NCBI GenBank assembly: GCA_963823555.1
Contig: CAWGMA010000002.1
Span: 64,001 to 128,000, forward strand
From: Candidatus Eiseniibacteriota bacterium
Lineage (GTDB): Bacteria > Eisenbacteria > RBG-16-71-46 > CAVPCR01
Reading direction: 5' to 3'
Length of the DNA: 64,000 bases
The notes under the pieces: generated by a model
The model's database searches: none
The model's input: the letters and a program-made list of their open reading frames with translations, nothing else
What the model was told of the DNA's origin: nothing
Shown here: piece after piece, positions 29,592 through 39,710 of the stretch
How the letters are laid out: every line of letters starts with the position of its first letter
Numbering within the stretch: position 1 is the stretch's first letter
Program-made: the position numbers and the translations under genes

Positions 29592-31433
29592 CTAGCGTAC
29601 GATGGCGAGGCGCGTGACCTCGCCCGCGGTCGCTCCGTCCACGCTCAGGCGCAGGAAGTAGACGCCGTTCGGGGCCAGCTCTCCCGCGGCCGTGCGACCA
29701 TCCCACGACAGGGCGTGCTCGCCGCCGGTCTGGACGCCGCGGTCGAGACGGCGGACGAGCCGGCCGTCCGGCGCGTAGATCGCAATCTCGACGTCGGCGC
29801 TCTGCGGCAGCTCGTAGCGCAGCATGGCCGGGCCCAGCGTCGGATTGGGGCTGGCCTGGAGGCCGGCGAGTCGTGGCATGGGTGCTGAGGGCTCGACCGG
29901 AATCGGACCGGCCGACTCCGTGATGTCGTCGACGCTGATATGGGCGGCCGGATCGCGGTCGACGATTTCCAGATAGGCACGCACGCCGACGTACGCGTTC
30001 AGACCCGTCCAGGTGCGCTCGGTCATCACCTCGCTGCCCGAGCCGGTTGCCGTGCGGAGCGGGGTCCCGGTCGTCGAGTCGACGAGGGCGACGTAGCAGG
30101 TGGGCGAGATCGGGCCGCCCACCCACAGGATCATGTCCCCGCCCCCGATCGTGAACGACTTCGAGCGCAGCACTCCGGTGTAGCTCTCGTCGGGGCTACA
30201 GGTGGGGCAGCCCCCCCCATACGGGCCGCTGTCGTTCTCGGATGTGTTCACCCAGAACAGCCCGTCCACGTTGGAGCGCGGCCCGCCGCGCCCTGCCGGC
30301 CGATCGCGATAGGTGGGCATGGCGCCCAGCTGGCCCTCGACGATCGTCCAGTTGAGATAGAAGCGGTTGAAGGGCAGGACGAGCGGGCCGTTCTGCGTCC
30401 ACGACAGGTCGTCGATGATCACCGCCCTGGCCTCGAGGTTGGCCTGGGTGATGAAGTCGACGGCATGCGAGTAGAGGTAGGAGCTGCCGAGGTCGGTGAT
30501 CTCGCTGGAGATGGCATTCTGGTCGAAGACGGTATCGGTCGTGATCGTCCAGCCCTGGTCGATCTGGCTCGAGGTCAGGCGGTGCACGCCGCCGGGCTCG
30601 ATCTGCCGGGCATAGAACAGGTTCCAGAGGTTGGTCACCGGGTTCCGGTTCATGTGGCTCGATGCCATCAGGCTCGAGTGGTTGTTCATGACCAGGGGGC
30701 GACCGATGTCGGTCCAGTTGAGGCCATCGGTGGAGGTGGCCATGGCGATGGCCCCCTTGGCTTCTTGACCCAGGTATCCGGAGCGCGTGCTGGCGCTCGC
30801 CAGCATCACGAACTGAGCCCCGTTCTTGAAGATGAACGGGTCACGGCAGTTCTGCCAGGTCGAGTCGGGGTGCCATGCCGCCCACACCGTGCTCGGCCGG
30901 AAGGCGCCATCGGTCACCGAGATATCCGTCCAGGCGTAGAGGTCGGACGATACCGCGAGCCCGACCTGCTGATTGCGGAGCGAATCCACGCCGGTGTACG
31001 CCATGATATAGGGCCAGGTCGTCTGACCGACGGTGACATCGGCGCGGAGGACGTGGGGCGCCCACACGTTGCGGGCCTTCCATCCGTTCGGGATGTCGAT
31101 GGGCAGGATGCGAGGCTCGGTCGTCCAGTGGATGAGATCGGTCGACGTGGCGTGTCCGAGGTCGATCTCGTTGCCGGGGAGGTTCCACCCCTCGCCGGCG
31201 AAACCCACCGAGTAGAACAGATGGTACACGCCGTCGGTGTGGCGGATCAGCGAGTGATCCTTGGCGTAGAGCTCGGGGGCCTCGGCGAAGACCCGCATCT
31301 CGAAATCATCCTTGAAGACGGCTCCTGCCGGTAGCGGCAGCAGCATGCCTGCGGCGACAAGGAGGCTGGCGCCGACGATCATGGTGCGGATGGACCTGTT
31401 CGCTCCGAGAAGGCTGAAACGCGCGGTGCGCAT
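29592..31433 (-). CDS. Secreted clan GH-J (GH32-like) beta-propeller + beta-sandwich + FlgD-Ig/T9SS-like CTD
   Basis: KDHS..YHLFY, GHATSTDLIHW, WAPHV, RDPF; TGVLRSKSFTI...HISVDDI module; CTD PNP...WDGR...GVYFLRL. Confidence 0.75.
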   Translation of the reverse strand: MRTARFSLLGANRSIRTMIVGASLLVAAGMLLPLPAGAVFKDDFEMRVFAEAPELYAKDHSLIRHTDGVYHLFYSVGFAGEGWNLPGNEIDLGHATSTDLIHWTTEPRILPIDIPNGWKARNVWAPHVLRADVTVGQTTWPYIMAYTGVDSLRNQQVGLAVSSDLYAWTDISVTDGAFRPSTVWAAWHPDSTWQNCRDPFIFKNGAQFVMLASASTRSGYLGQEAKGAIAMATSTDGLNWTDIGRPLVMNNHSSLMASSHMNRNPVTNLWNLFYARQIEPGGVHRLTSSQIDQGWTITTDTVFDQNAISSEITDLGSSYLYSHAVDFITQANLEARAVIIDDLSWTQNGPLVLPFNRFYLNWTIVEGQLGAMPTYRDRPAGRGGPRSNVDGLFWVNTSENDSGPYGGGCPTCSPDESYTGVLRSKSFTIGGGDMILWVGGPISPTCYVALVDSTTGTPLRTATGSGSEVMTERTWTGLNAYVGVRAYLEIVDRDPAAHISVDDITESAGPIPVEPSAPMPRLAGLQASPNPTLGPAMLRYELPQSADVEIAIYAPDGRLVRRLDRGVQTGGEHALSWDGRTAAGELAPNGVYFLRLSVDGATAGEVTRLAIVR

Positions 31434-31673
31434 GAATTCGATTCCCTGGTGGTCTGGTGTTCTACCCCGGGTGGGGAGAGATTGGCGGCCTGCGCTCATC
31501 CAGGTGGGGTGATGAGCGCGAGCAGTGTCGAGTGCCTGCGGTGTACCTTGGCGAGGGTCAGGTGCGAGCGGTCGATCGTGTGGTCTCGCACCTTACGGGA
31601 TCGAAACCTGAGGGTTCCGGGGCTGCGGGCGGGACTGGCACCGCGGCCTTCGGCACCCTTCACGTACCTCATA

Positions 31674-31702
31674 AGACTAAGCTCAGCGGGGGTGGTCGTC
31701 AA
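31674..31702 (-). promoter_or_regulatory. Putative sigma70 promoter for the GH32-like gene
   Basis: Minus strand TTGACG-17nt-TAGTCT. Confidence 0.55.
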
Positions 31703-31900
31703 GAGAGGGGCGCCGCTACTCGAGTCCGCCGCGCGTCGTGGGGAAATTCACCCCGTCCTCTGTCTCGGTCCGGGTCTCTCCAGCATCCGGAATGGGACAG
31801 ATTGTCTGCCCTGATCGGTCCCATGAGCGGCAACCAGGGTGCCGCAGGAACCAGAATGGCACCGGCCGGGCAGGGTCCAGCGGCCAAATCCGAGAGCGAA

Positions 31901-33091
<1,191 letters not shown>

Positions 33092-33167
33092 CGCATCACC
33101 TCGGGGATCGTACCCCCATTTCACCACTCGATGGTATCACGTCGCTGCGTGGTTCATGCGCGGCGCT

Positions 33168-33821
33168 TCATGCGAACAGCTCCCGGAGCTCCGAGAAGCG
33201 GGAGATCGTGTGGTCGGGGCGGGCTGCGGCCAGGATCGCCGCGCTCGTGAAGCCGTAGGTCACGGCGCAAGTGCGAATATGGGCGCGTTGGCCGGCCTCG
33301 ATGTCGGTGATCCCGTCGCCGACGATGACAGCGCGCGACGGGGATGCGCCGAGCTGCTCGAGGGCATGGAGAAGGGGTGCCGGGTCCGGCTTGAGCACGT
33401 TTCCCGGCCCGAGCGAGCCGCCGCCGACGATGACCGGGATGGGGTTGGCAAGGCCGATGCCGGTGATGATCTGACGGGCGAAGTCCTCGGGCTTGTTGGT
33501 GACGACGGCGAGGGCCTTCTCGTGGAAGTGGTCGAGCGTCTCCCGCACTCCAGGGTAGAGCGAGGTCTGGTCGAGGCAGTGGGCACGGTAGTGGCTGCGA
33601 AAGGCCGCGGTCGCCGGCCCGATGATGGCGGGATCCGTGGTCTCGAAAGAGCGGTGGAGGAGCGTCGCCACGCCATGGCCCACATAGCCCGTGATGACCG
33701 CGGCCGGCTTCGGCGGCCGGCCGGCGGCGGTGAGGGCGGCGTTCACCGCCGCCGCGAGGTCGAGCCGCGAGTCGACCAGGGTGCCGTCGAGATCGAAGAG
33801 GAAGGCATCGAGCGCAATCAC
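33168..33821 (-). CDS. gph: HAD-IA hydrolase (phosphoglycolate phosphatase-like)
   Basis: FDLDGTLVDS, VTNKP, KPDP, VGDGITDIEAG. Confidence 0.85.
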   Translation of the reverse strand: MIALDAFLFDLDGTLVDSRLDLAAAVNAALTAAGRPPKPAAVITGYVGHGVATLLHRSFETTDPAIIGPATAAFRSHYRAHCLDQTSLYPGVRETLDHFHEKALAVVTNKPEDFARQIITGIGLANPIPVIVGGGSLGPGNVLKPDPAPLLHALEQLGASPSRAVIVGDGITDIEAGQRAHIRTCAVTYGFTSAAILAAARPDHTISRFSELRELFA

Positions 33822-33828
33822 GCGGAGG

Positions 33829-33907
33829 AGGCTAACGAGCGGTGATCCAGGGGTCAATGCCACCGCACCGGATCGGACTTGCAACACGCGAGTGCTCTCC
33901 ATAGGGT
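33829..33907. promoter_or_regulatory. Back-to-back sigma70 promoters for two leaderless genes
   Basis: Minus TTGACC-17-TAGCCT-7nt-GTG(33821); plus TTGCAA-17-TAGGGT-8nt-ATG(33916). Confidence 0.6.
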
Positions 33908-33915
33908 GCGATTCG

Positions 33916-34860
33916 ATGGATCAGGATGCGAGAAGAACCTGGCTTGGCCTGGGGGCTCTGGTCCTCCTCGTCTGGGCGCACGGCGCCTGGATCGCGGCCC
34001 GCGGATCGGGAATCACCGCGGCCACGGGGGCCGACATCCCGGCTCCGGCTGCCGCCCTCCTCGGCGCCACCAGCGCCGCCGTGGCCCTGGCGAGCGTGAC
34101 CGCCCTGGCGGCCGGCATCGAGGGATTCCGCCCCCTCGCGCTCGTGCCCGCTCTTCTCACCGCCTCTTCTCCCCTGTTCGCCGGGAGCCTGTTCGCCGGC
34201 GGTGTCGAAACGCTGGTGGCAGCCCTGTTCCTCCTCGGTGCGCAGTGCTCCTTCAGCGAGACTCACGTCTCGGGGCGGTTTCCCCTGTCCGCCCTTCTCT
34301 TCGGCGTGGGTGCTGCGCTCTGGTCCGGTGGTCCGGCCGTCCTCGTCGCGGTGGCGGCACAGAAAGTGGTTTTTACTCGCAAGTTTCGGCTGGGACGGGC
34401 AAGCCTGATCTTCGCCGGGGTGTGGCTCCTGCTCGGGCTCGGGGTATGGTGTGCTCTTCGTCTGGGTATGGATATCGTTCCGCATGGCGCTGCGCCCCCG
34501 GCCGGGGTCTGGACCGTCCTTCGTGAGTTCTGGCGGCAGGTGGACGGCCTGGCGGCCCTTCCCCTGGTGCTCGTCCTGGCTGCCGGCTGGAAGTCGAAGG
34601 CGGTCTTCTTCCGCTTGAGCCTCGCCGCTTTCGTCCTGGCTGGCTGCCTGGTCGCGGCGGCCACCGCTCACGAGCTGCCTCGTGCGCTGGTTCCGGCGCT
34701 GCCGTTCGCCTTCCTCGTGGTCGGCGACGCGCTGGCCGCCGTCCTCGGCCTCGGAGAGGCGGCCGGCCTGCGCGGCCGGATGCGAGCCGTAACGGCCACG
34801 GCGCTGGCCGCGGCGTTCGCCCTCGGTCAGCTGTGGCCGACGCTGGCGGGTCTCGGCTGA
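33916..34860 (+). CDS. Hypothetical multi-pass membrane protein
   Basis: Strongly hydrophobic, about 9-10 TM segments. Confidence 0.65.
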   Translation: MDQDARRTWLGLGALVLLVWAHGAWIAARGSGITAATGADIPAPAAALLGATSAAVALASVTALAAGIEGFRPLALVPALLTASSPLFAGSLFAGGVETLVAALFLLGAQCSFSETHVSGRFPLSALLFGVGAALWSGGPAVLVAVAAQKVVFTRKFRLGRASLIFAGVWLLLGLGVWCALRLGMDIVPHGAAPPAGVWTVLREFWRQVDGLAALPLVLVLAAGWKSKAVFFRLSLAAFVLAGCLVAAATAHELPRALVPALPFAFLVVGDALAAVLGLGEAAGLRGRMRAVTATALAAAFALGQLWPTLAGLG

Positions 34861-34894
34861 GCGCGGTGGAGGAACATCTCCGAGCTGATACGCG

Positions 34895-35491
34895 ATGAAC
34901 GAAGAACACATCATCATCGACGGCTACAACGCGATCTTCCGCCATCCCGCCTTGCGTGCGGTGGCTACCGCCGATCTGGAGCGGGCTCGCACCGAACTCG
35001 CGCGTCGCGTCGCCGAGGCCTTTCCCGGCCACACGACCCTCCTGGTCATCGTCTTCGATGGCCACCGTGACGTGGCGCTGGCAGGCCGGACACGACGTTT
35101 CGGTCGAGTACGAGTCATCTTCTCGCGCCCGCCGGAGTCGGCCGATCAGCGCATCCAGAAGCTCATCGAGGAGGCGCGCCGGGTGAAGCAGGGGCGCCGC
35201 CGGCTCGATTTCCGCGTCGTGAGCTCCGACCGCGAGGTTTCCGGGCGGGCTCGTCTCTGGGGGGCCCGCGCGGTCAGCAGCGACGAGTTCCTGAAGGAGG
35301 TCGAGGAGCGGCGCGGGGTCGCCGCCCGCACGCGAGAAGCCGCCGCGGCGCGGCAGCCGGCCCACGAGCCGCGGGTGGCGAAGGATGGAGTTCCGGATGT
35401 GATCCCGACGCCGAGTGAAGTGGATCAGTGGGAGAAGCTCTTCCGCACGCGGTCCCCACGGCCGGAAGATGACGAGGAGGACGCCGGCTGA
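34895..35491 (+). CDS. NYN-domain (YacP/Rae1-like) ribonuclease
   Basis: IIDGYN, VFDG, SADQRI, VVSSDREV. Confidence 0.85.
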   Translation: MNEEHIIIDGYNAIFRHPALRAVATADLERARTELARRVAEAFPGHTTLLVIVFDGHRDVALAGRTRRFGRVRVIFSRPPESADQRIQKLIEEARRVKQGRRRLDFRVVSSDREVSGRARLWGARAVSSDEFLKEVEERRGVAARTREAAAARQPAHEPRVAKDGVPDVIPTPSEVDQWEKLFRTRSPRPEDDEEDAG

Positions 35492-35520
35492 GAACCCGGC
35501 GCGGCAGATTGGAGCGGGTC

Positions 35521-35874
35521 CTACTCGTCGTCGTCAGCGGGTCTCTTCTTGAAAAGGGCCTCCAGCCGGGCCCGGGCCTCGCTGGCCCGTGCTTCGCTCG
35601 GCGGCGATCCTGACCGGCGCGGCTCGCTGCGTGCCGCCTCGCTCTTTCCCCCGGCTCTCGCGCCGGCAAGGGCGAAGAACTCGCAGAAGTTCGCCTTGTC
35701 ACGGTCGCGTACCGGCTCGGCCTCCGGTTCCAGGCATTGGTTGTGAAGCGTGGGCTCATGAAACCGGCACTGGAGGCAGACGTGGAGGTGAGCGTCGCAG
35801 CGCGGGCAAAGCGTGTTGCGCATGACCTTGAAGTCGGCAGGGAGCTCCGCTTCGCAGAAGACGCAGTACGGCAT
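35521..35874 (-). CDS. Small Cys-rich zinc-binding protein
   Basis: AAGGAG RBS; CxxC, CxxC, CxxC, NFCEFF; TTGACA-17-GATCCT upstream at 36035-36063. Confidence 0.75.
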   Translation of the reverse strand: MPYCVFCEAELPADFKVMRNTLCPRCDAHLHVCLQCRFHEPTLHNQCLEPEAEPVRDRDKANFCEFFALAGARAGGKSEAARSEPRRSGSPPSEARASEARARLEALFKKRPADDDE

Positions 35875-36175
35875 CTCATCTCCTTCCGACCAGCGGCCGT
35901 CCCCGGGGGCCGGACTTCCGGTCCCGCGCCGGGACCGCAGAGGAACGGCGCCGCGGCTCGCGCCGGCTCCGCGACCCCCCGCAGCGATGTTCTGCCCGGG
36001 TGGGCACCTCCGGCGCCACTTCCCGCCCCACCTGAGGATCGCAGCCGCCAGGCGGGCTGTCAAACCCCTCGCTCGAATCCACCGCCCCCCGCGCCTCCCG
36101 CTCGCGCGAACTCTGAAAATGGTTTAGCCTCGGCGCGCCATTCGCGTCAGGGGACGCCAGCGTGGCCACAATCCA

Positions 36176-37300
36176 ATGACTGACGATCTCACCCTTTCAA
36201 GCATCGAGAGCGGCGATTCCTCGGTGCTCGCCCTGGGCGGGGCGCTCGACACCACGACGTCGCCCCGCCTGGCGAACCTGCTCGCCGAGGTCGTTGCGCG
36301 CGGGATTCGCGGGCAGCGGCTGGTGCTCGACCTGAGCGATCTCAGCTATGTCGACTCGACCGGCGTCGCCGTCATCCTCGATATCCGCGAGCGCCTCGGT
36401 GCGGACGGCATCGATCTCCGGCTGCGCGGTGCCAGCGAACGGGTGCGCAAGGTGTTCGCGCTCACGCTGGCGCGGGCCGGCGAGCTCGAGGAGGAGGCGC
36501 CGGCGCAGTTCTGGAACCCGCTGGCCGCCGCAGGGGAAGCGGCCATGCGGTTCAAGGAAAGGGCCCTCGACACCGTGGTCCAGGTCGGGGAGATCGCCTA
36601 CGCCCTGCTCGTGGCTCCGTGGCGCGGGCAGCCCGTTCGCTTCCAGGACACCGTGCAGCAGCTCGGCGTCTTCGGAGTCGACGCGGTGCCGATCATCGCC
36701 CTGATCGCGCTCCTCATGGGTCTCATCCTGGGGATGCAGGCGGCGCACCAGCTCCGCCAGTTCGGCGCGTCGATCTTTGTCGCCGATCTGGTGGGCGTGG
36801 CGACGACCCGGGAGCTGGGACCGCTCATCACGGCCATCGTGGTGGCCGGGCGCTCAGGCTCGGCGATCGCCGCCGAGATCGGCACCATGGTGGTGACCGA
36901 GGAGATCGACGCCCTGCGTACCATGGGCCTGCATCCGACCCGCTACCTCTTCGTGCCGCGCATCCTGGCCGTCACCCTCGCGGTGCCGATGCTCTCCGTC
37001 ATCGCCAACAGCATCGCGATCCTCGGCGGGATGATCATCGGCGTCCTCCATCTCGGGATCGGTCCGCACGCCTATTTCGACCGCACGATCCAGGCCCTGG
37101 TCATGGGCGATGTGGTCACCGGGTTGGTCAAGGCCCTGGTCTTCGGGCTCATCATCGGCAATGTCGGCGTGTTCGAAGGGTTCCACGTCCGCGGCGGGGC
37201 CGAGGGTGTGGGGCGGGCCACCACGCAGTCGGTGGTGGCTGCGATCTTCCTCATCATCGTGGCGGATGCTGTGTTCACCGCGATCTTCTACTTCGTATGA
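36176..37300 (+). CDS. mlaE: MlaE-family lipid ABC permease with N-terminal STAS domain
   Basis: DLSDLSYVDSTG (STAS); RELGPLITAIVVAGRSGSAIAAEIGTM..TEEIDAL. Confidence 0.92.
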   Translation: MTDDLTLSSIESGDSSVLALGGALDTTTSPRLANLLAEVVARGIRGQRLVLDLSDLSYVDSTGVAVILDIRERLGADGIDLRLRGASERVRKVFALTLARAGELEEEAPAQFWNPLAAAGEAAMRFKERALDTVVQVGEIAYALLVAPWRGQPVRFQDTVQQLGVFGVDAVPIIALIALLMGLILGMQAAHQLRQFGASIFVADLVGVATTRELGPLITAIVVAGRSGSAIAAEIGTMVVTEEIDALRTMGLHPTRYLFVPRILAVTLAVPMLSVIANSIAILGGMIIGVLHLGIGPHAYFDRTIQALVMGDVVTGLVKALVFGLIIGNVGVFEGFHVRGGAEGVGRATTQSVVAAIFLIIVADAVFTAIFYFV

Positions 37301-38115
37301 ACGGGGAGCGGTTGGGCGTGCCAGCGGCGAGCGCGACAGCGGTGGTCGAAGTCAGGGACCTCACGAGCTCCTATGGCGATCGTCAGGTGCTGCACGGGGT
37401 GTCGCTCGAGGTCGAGCCCGCCGAGGTCCATGTCATCCTCGGGCCATCGGGCTGCGGGAAGTCGACGCTCCTCAAACACCTGGTGGGCCTGCTGGAGGCC
37501 GACAGCGGCTCGATCCGGCTCTTCCGCGAGGAGATCGTCGGGCGCGACGAGGAAGCCCTGGCTCCCCTTCTCGCTCGCACCGGGGTTCTGTTCCAGGGTG
37601 GTGCCTTGATCCAGTCGATGACCGTGATCGAGAACGTCATGCTGCCGCTCCGCGAACACACCGCGCTCGCCCGCGCCGAGATCGAGCTCGTGGCGCAGCT
37701 CAAGCTGGCCACCGTCGGGCTGGCCGCCTTCCAGCATTTGCTGCCGGCTGAGCTCTCGGGGGGCATGCGGAAGCGGGCCGCGCTGGCCCGGGCCATCGCC
37801 CTCGATCCCGAACTCGTTCTCTGCGACGAGCCCAACGCCGGGCTCGATCCGGTCACGGCGGCCGGGATCGATCGCCTCATCCTCGACCTGCGTGATGCGC
37901 TGGGCATCACGATGATCGTCGTTTCGCACGAGCTGCAATCGATCCGCCGCACCGCGGATCACATCACCATGTTGCAGGAAGGAGCGGTGGTGGCCCGGGG
38001 GCCCATCGCCGATCTCGAACAGTCTTCCGATCCGCGGATCCGTAGTTTCTTCCAGGGCCTGCCGCCTGCGGAGTCGGTCCGGGATCGAACGCTCGCGGAG
38101 CTGTTTCTGGACTGA
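37297..38115 (+). CDS. mlaF: MlaF-family ABC ATPase
   Basis: GPSGCGKS, LSGGMRKRAALARA, CDEP; ATGA overlap. Confidence 0.92.
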   Translation: MNGERLGVPAASATAVVEVRDLTSSYGDRQVLHGVSLEVEPAEVHVILGPSGCGKSTLLKHLVGLLEADSGSIRLFREEIVGRDEEALAPLLARTGVLFQGGALIQSMTVIENVMLPLREHTALARAEIELVAQLKLATVGLAAFQHLLPAELSGGMRKRAALARAIALDPELVLCDEPNAGLDPVTAAGIDRLILDLRDALGITMIVVSHELQSIRRTADHITMLQEGAVVARGPIADLEQSSDPRIRSFFQGLPPAESVRDRTLAELFLD

Positions 38116-38148
38116 GCGCTCGGGCGCCTCGCCGCCAAGAGGTCTCTT

Positions 38149-39099
38149 ATGCCACGCAGCCAAAACTGGAAAGTCGGGCTCTTCGTACTCGTCGCGGTGG
38201 TCCTGCTCGTCGCGACGATCCTGCTCATGATCGGCGTCCAGCTCGCGCGCCCGCGCGATCGTTACAAGATCCGTTTCGAGGAGTCGGTCAGCGGGCTCGA
38301 GAACGGGAGCGCGGTGCGTTACCGCGGCGTGCCCGTGGGTACGGTCGAGAAGATCCTGATCCCCAAGGATGACATCGGCAAGGTCGAGGTGCACATCGCG
38401 GTCGAGCCCGACATGCCGATCAAGGCCGACACCAAGGCCGTTCTGAGCACGGTCGGACTCACCGGGCTCCAGTTCGTCGATCTGGTGGCCGGGACGCCCG
38501 AGGCGCCGCCGCTCGAGCCGGGTAGCTTCATTCCAGCGCAGATGTCGGTCTTGGGGGCCCTGACCGGCACCGCCCAGGGCGCCGCCGAAAAGCTCGATGT
38601 ACTGCTTGCCAACCTGCTCTACATCACCGATCGGCAGAAAGTGGACAAGCTGGTGGGAGAGATTGATGCCGTGCTCTCGTCTCTACGCAAGTCGTCGGGG
38701 CAGGCTTCGGACCTGATTGCCACGGCGACGGGCGCCGCGGCGCAGATGGACTCCCTCATGACCACCATGAACGGACTGCTGCGCCGCAACGAGGGCCATC
38801 TCGATTCGGTGCTGGTGAACCTCGATGGGACCCTGGCCGCGCTCAACCGCAGCCTGGCCGAGATCGAGCGCACCGAGCTCGTGGCCAACGCCGGCGCCAC
38901 ATCGGCGGCCGTGCGCGATGTCTCCGAGGATCTGCGCGAGATCATCGGCATCCATCGGCGCACGATCTCGGAGACCCTGGTCAACCTGCGCGAAACATCC
39001 GCCAACCTGAACGAGTTCTCGCGCCATGTCCGCGACCAGCCGTCGCTGCTCTTGAGGAGCACGCCGGAGAGTGGGCCTGATATTCCGGGGGTGAAGTGA
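38149..39099 (+). CDS. mlaD: MlaD/MCE-domain protein
   Basis: N-terminal TM; SVSGL..GS.VRYRGVPVG.V; helical tail. Confidence 0.9.
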   Translation: MPRSQNWKVGLFVLVAVVLLVATILLMIGVQLARPRDRYKIRFEESVSGLENGSAVRYRGVPVGTVEKILIPKDDIGKVEVHIAVEPDMPIKADTKAVLSTVGLTGLQFVDLVAGTPEAPPLEPGSFIPAQMSVLGALTGTAQGAAEKLDVLLANLLYITDRQKVDKLVGEIDAVLSSLRKSSGQASDLIATATGAAAQMDSLMTTMNGLLRRNEGHLDSVLVNLDGTLAALNRSLAEIERTELVANAGATSAAVRDVSEDLREIIGIHRRTISETLVNLRETSANLNEFSRHVRDQPSLLLRSTPESGPDIPGVK

Positions 39100-39710
39100 T
39101 GAGACGCATGTCTTGGCAGGCGGCACCCTTCCTGCTTGCGCTGCTCCTCGCCGGTTGCGGCGGCACCGTTCCGGCGGCGCGCTACTACGTGCTCGACTAC
39201 GAGATGCCCCCCGCGCCGCGGCAAACGCCCGCCGACCTGGTGCTCGGGATCGAGGGCTTCTCGACATCGCCGCTCTTGTCGGACCGGCGGATCGCCCATC
39301 GGGCCAGCGCCCACGAGGTGGTGTACTACCCGAATCACTACTGGGCGGCGTCTCCCGGCGCCCTGGTGGCCGAGCAGATCGCCCGCCGTGTGCGCCATGC
39401 CGGGGCCGTGCGCGCCGTCGAAGTGGCGCCCTACGGGCGCACGCCGGACTGGCTCCTCGGCGGCTCGATCGACGAGTTCGAGGAGGTCGAGCGCGGCGGG
39501 CAATCGGTGGCGCACATCGCGATGACCGTTCGCCTGGAGACCGTCGCCGACCGGCGCATCCTGCGCGAGGAGGAGATCGAGGTGGAGCGGCCGGTCACGC
39601 GGCGCAACCCGGAACAGGTGGCCGCGGCGATGAGCGCCGCGGTTGCCGAGGCGTCGGCCCAGGTGCTGGGGATCATCCAGCAGGAAGCGCTGGAGAGCGC
39701 GTCCCGCTAG
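39099..39710 (+). CDS. PqiC-like ABC transport auxiliary lipoprotein
   Basis: LLAGC lipobox; YYVL, YYPNHYWAASP; position after MCE gene. Confidence 0.8.
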   Translation: MRRMSWQAAPFLLALLLAGCGGTVPAARYYVLDYEMPPAPRQTPADLVLGIEGFSTSPLLSDRRIAHRASAHEVVYYPNHYWAASPGALVAEQIARRVRHAGAVRAVEVAPYGRTPDWLLGGSIDEFEEVERGGQSVAHIAMTVRLETVADRRILREEEIEVERPVTRRNPEQVAAAMSAAVAEASAQVLGIIQQEALESASR

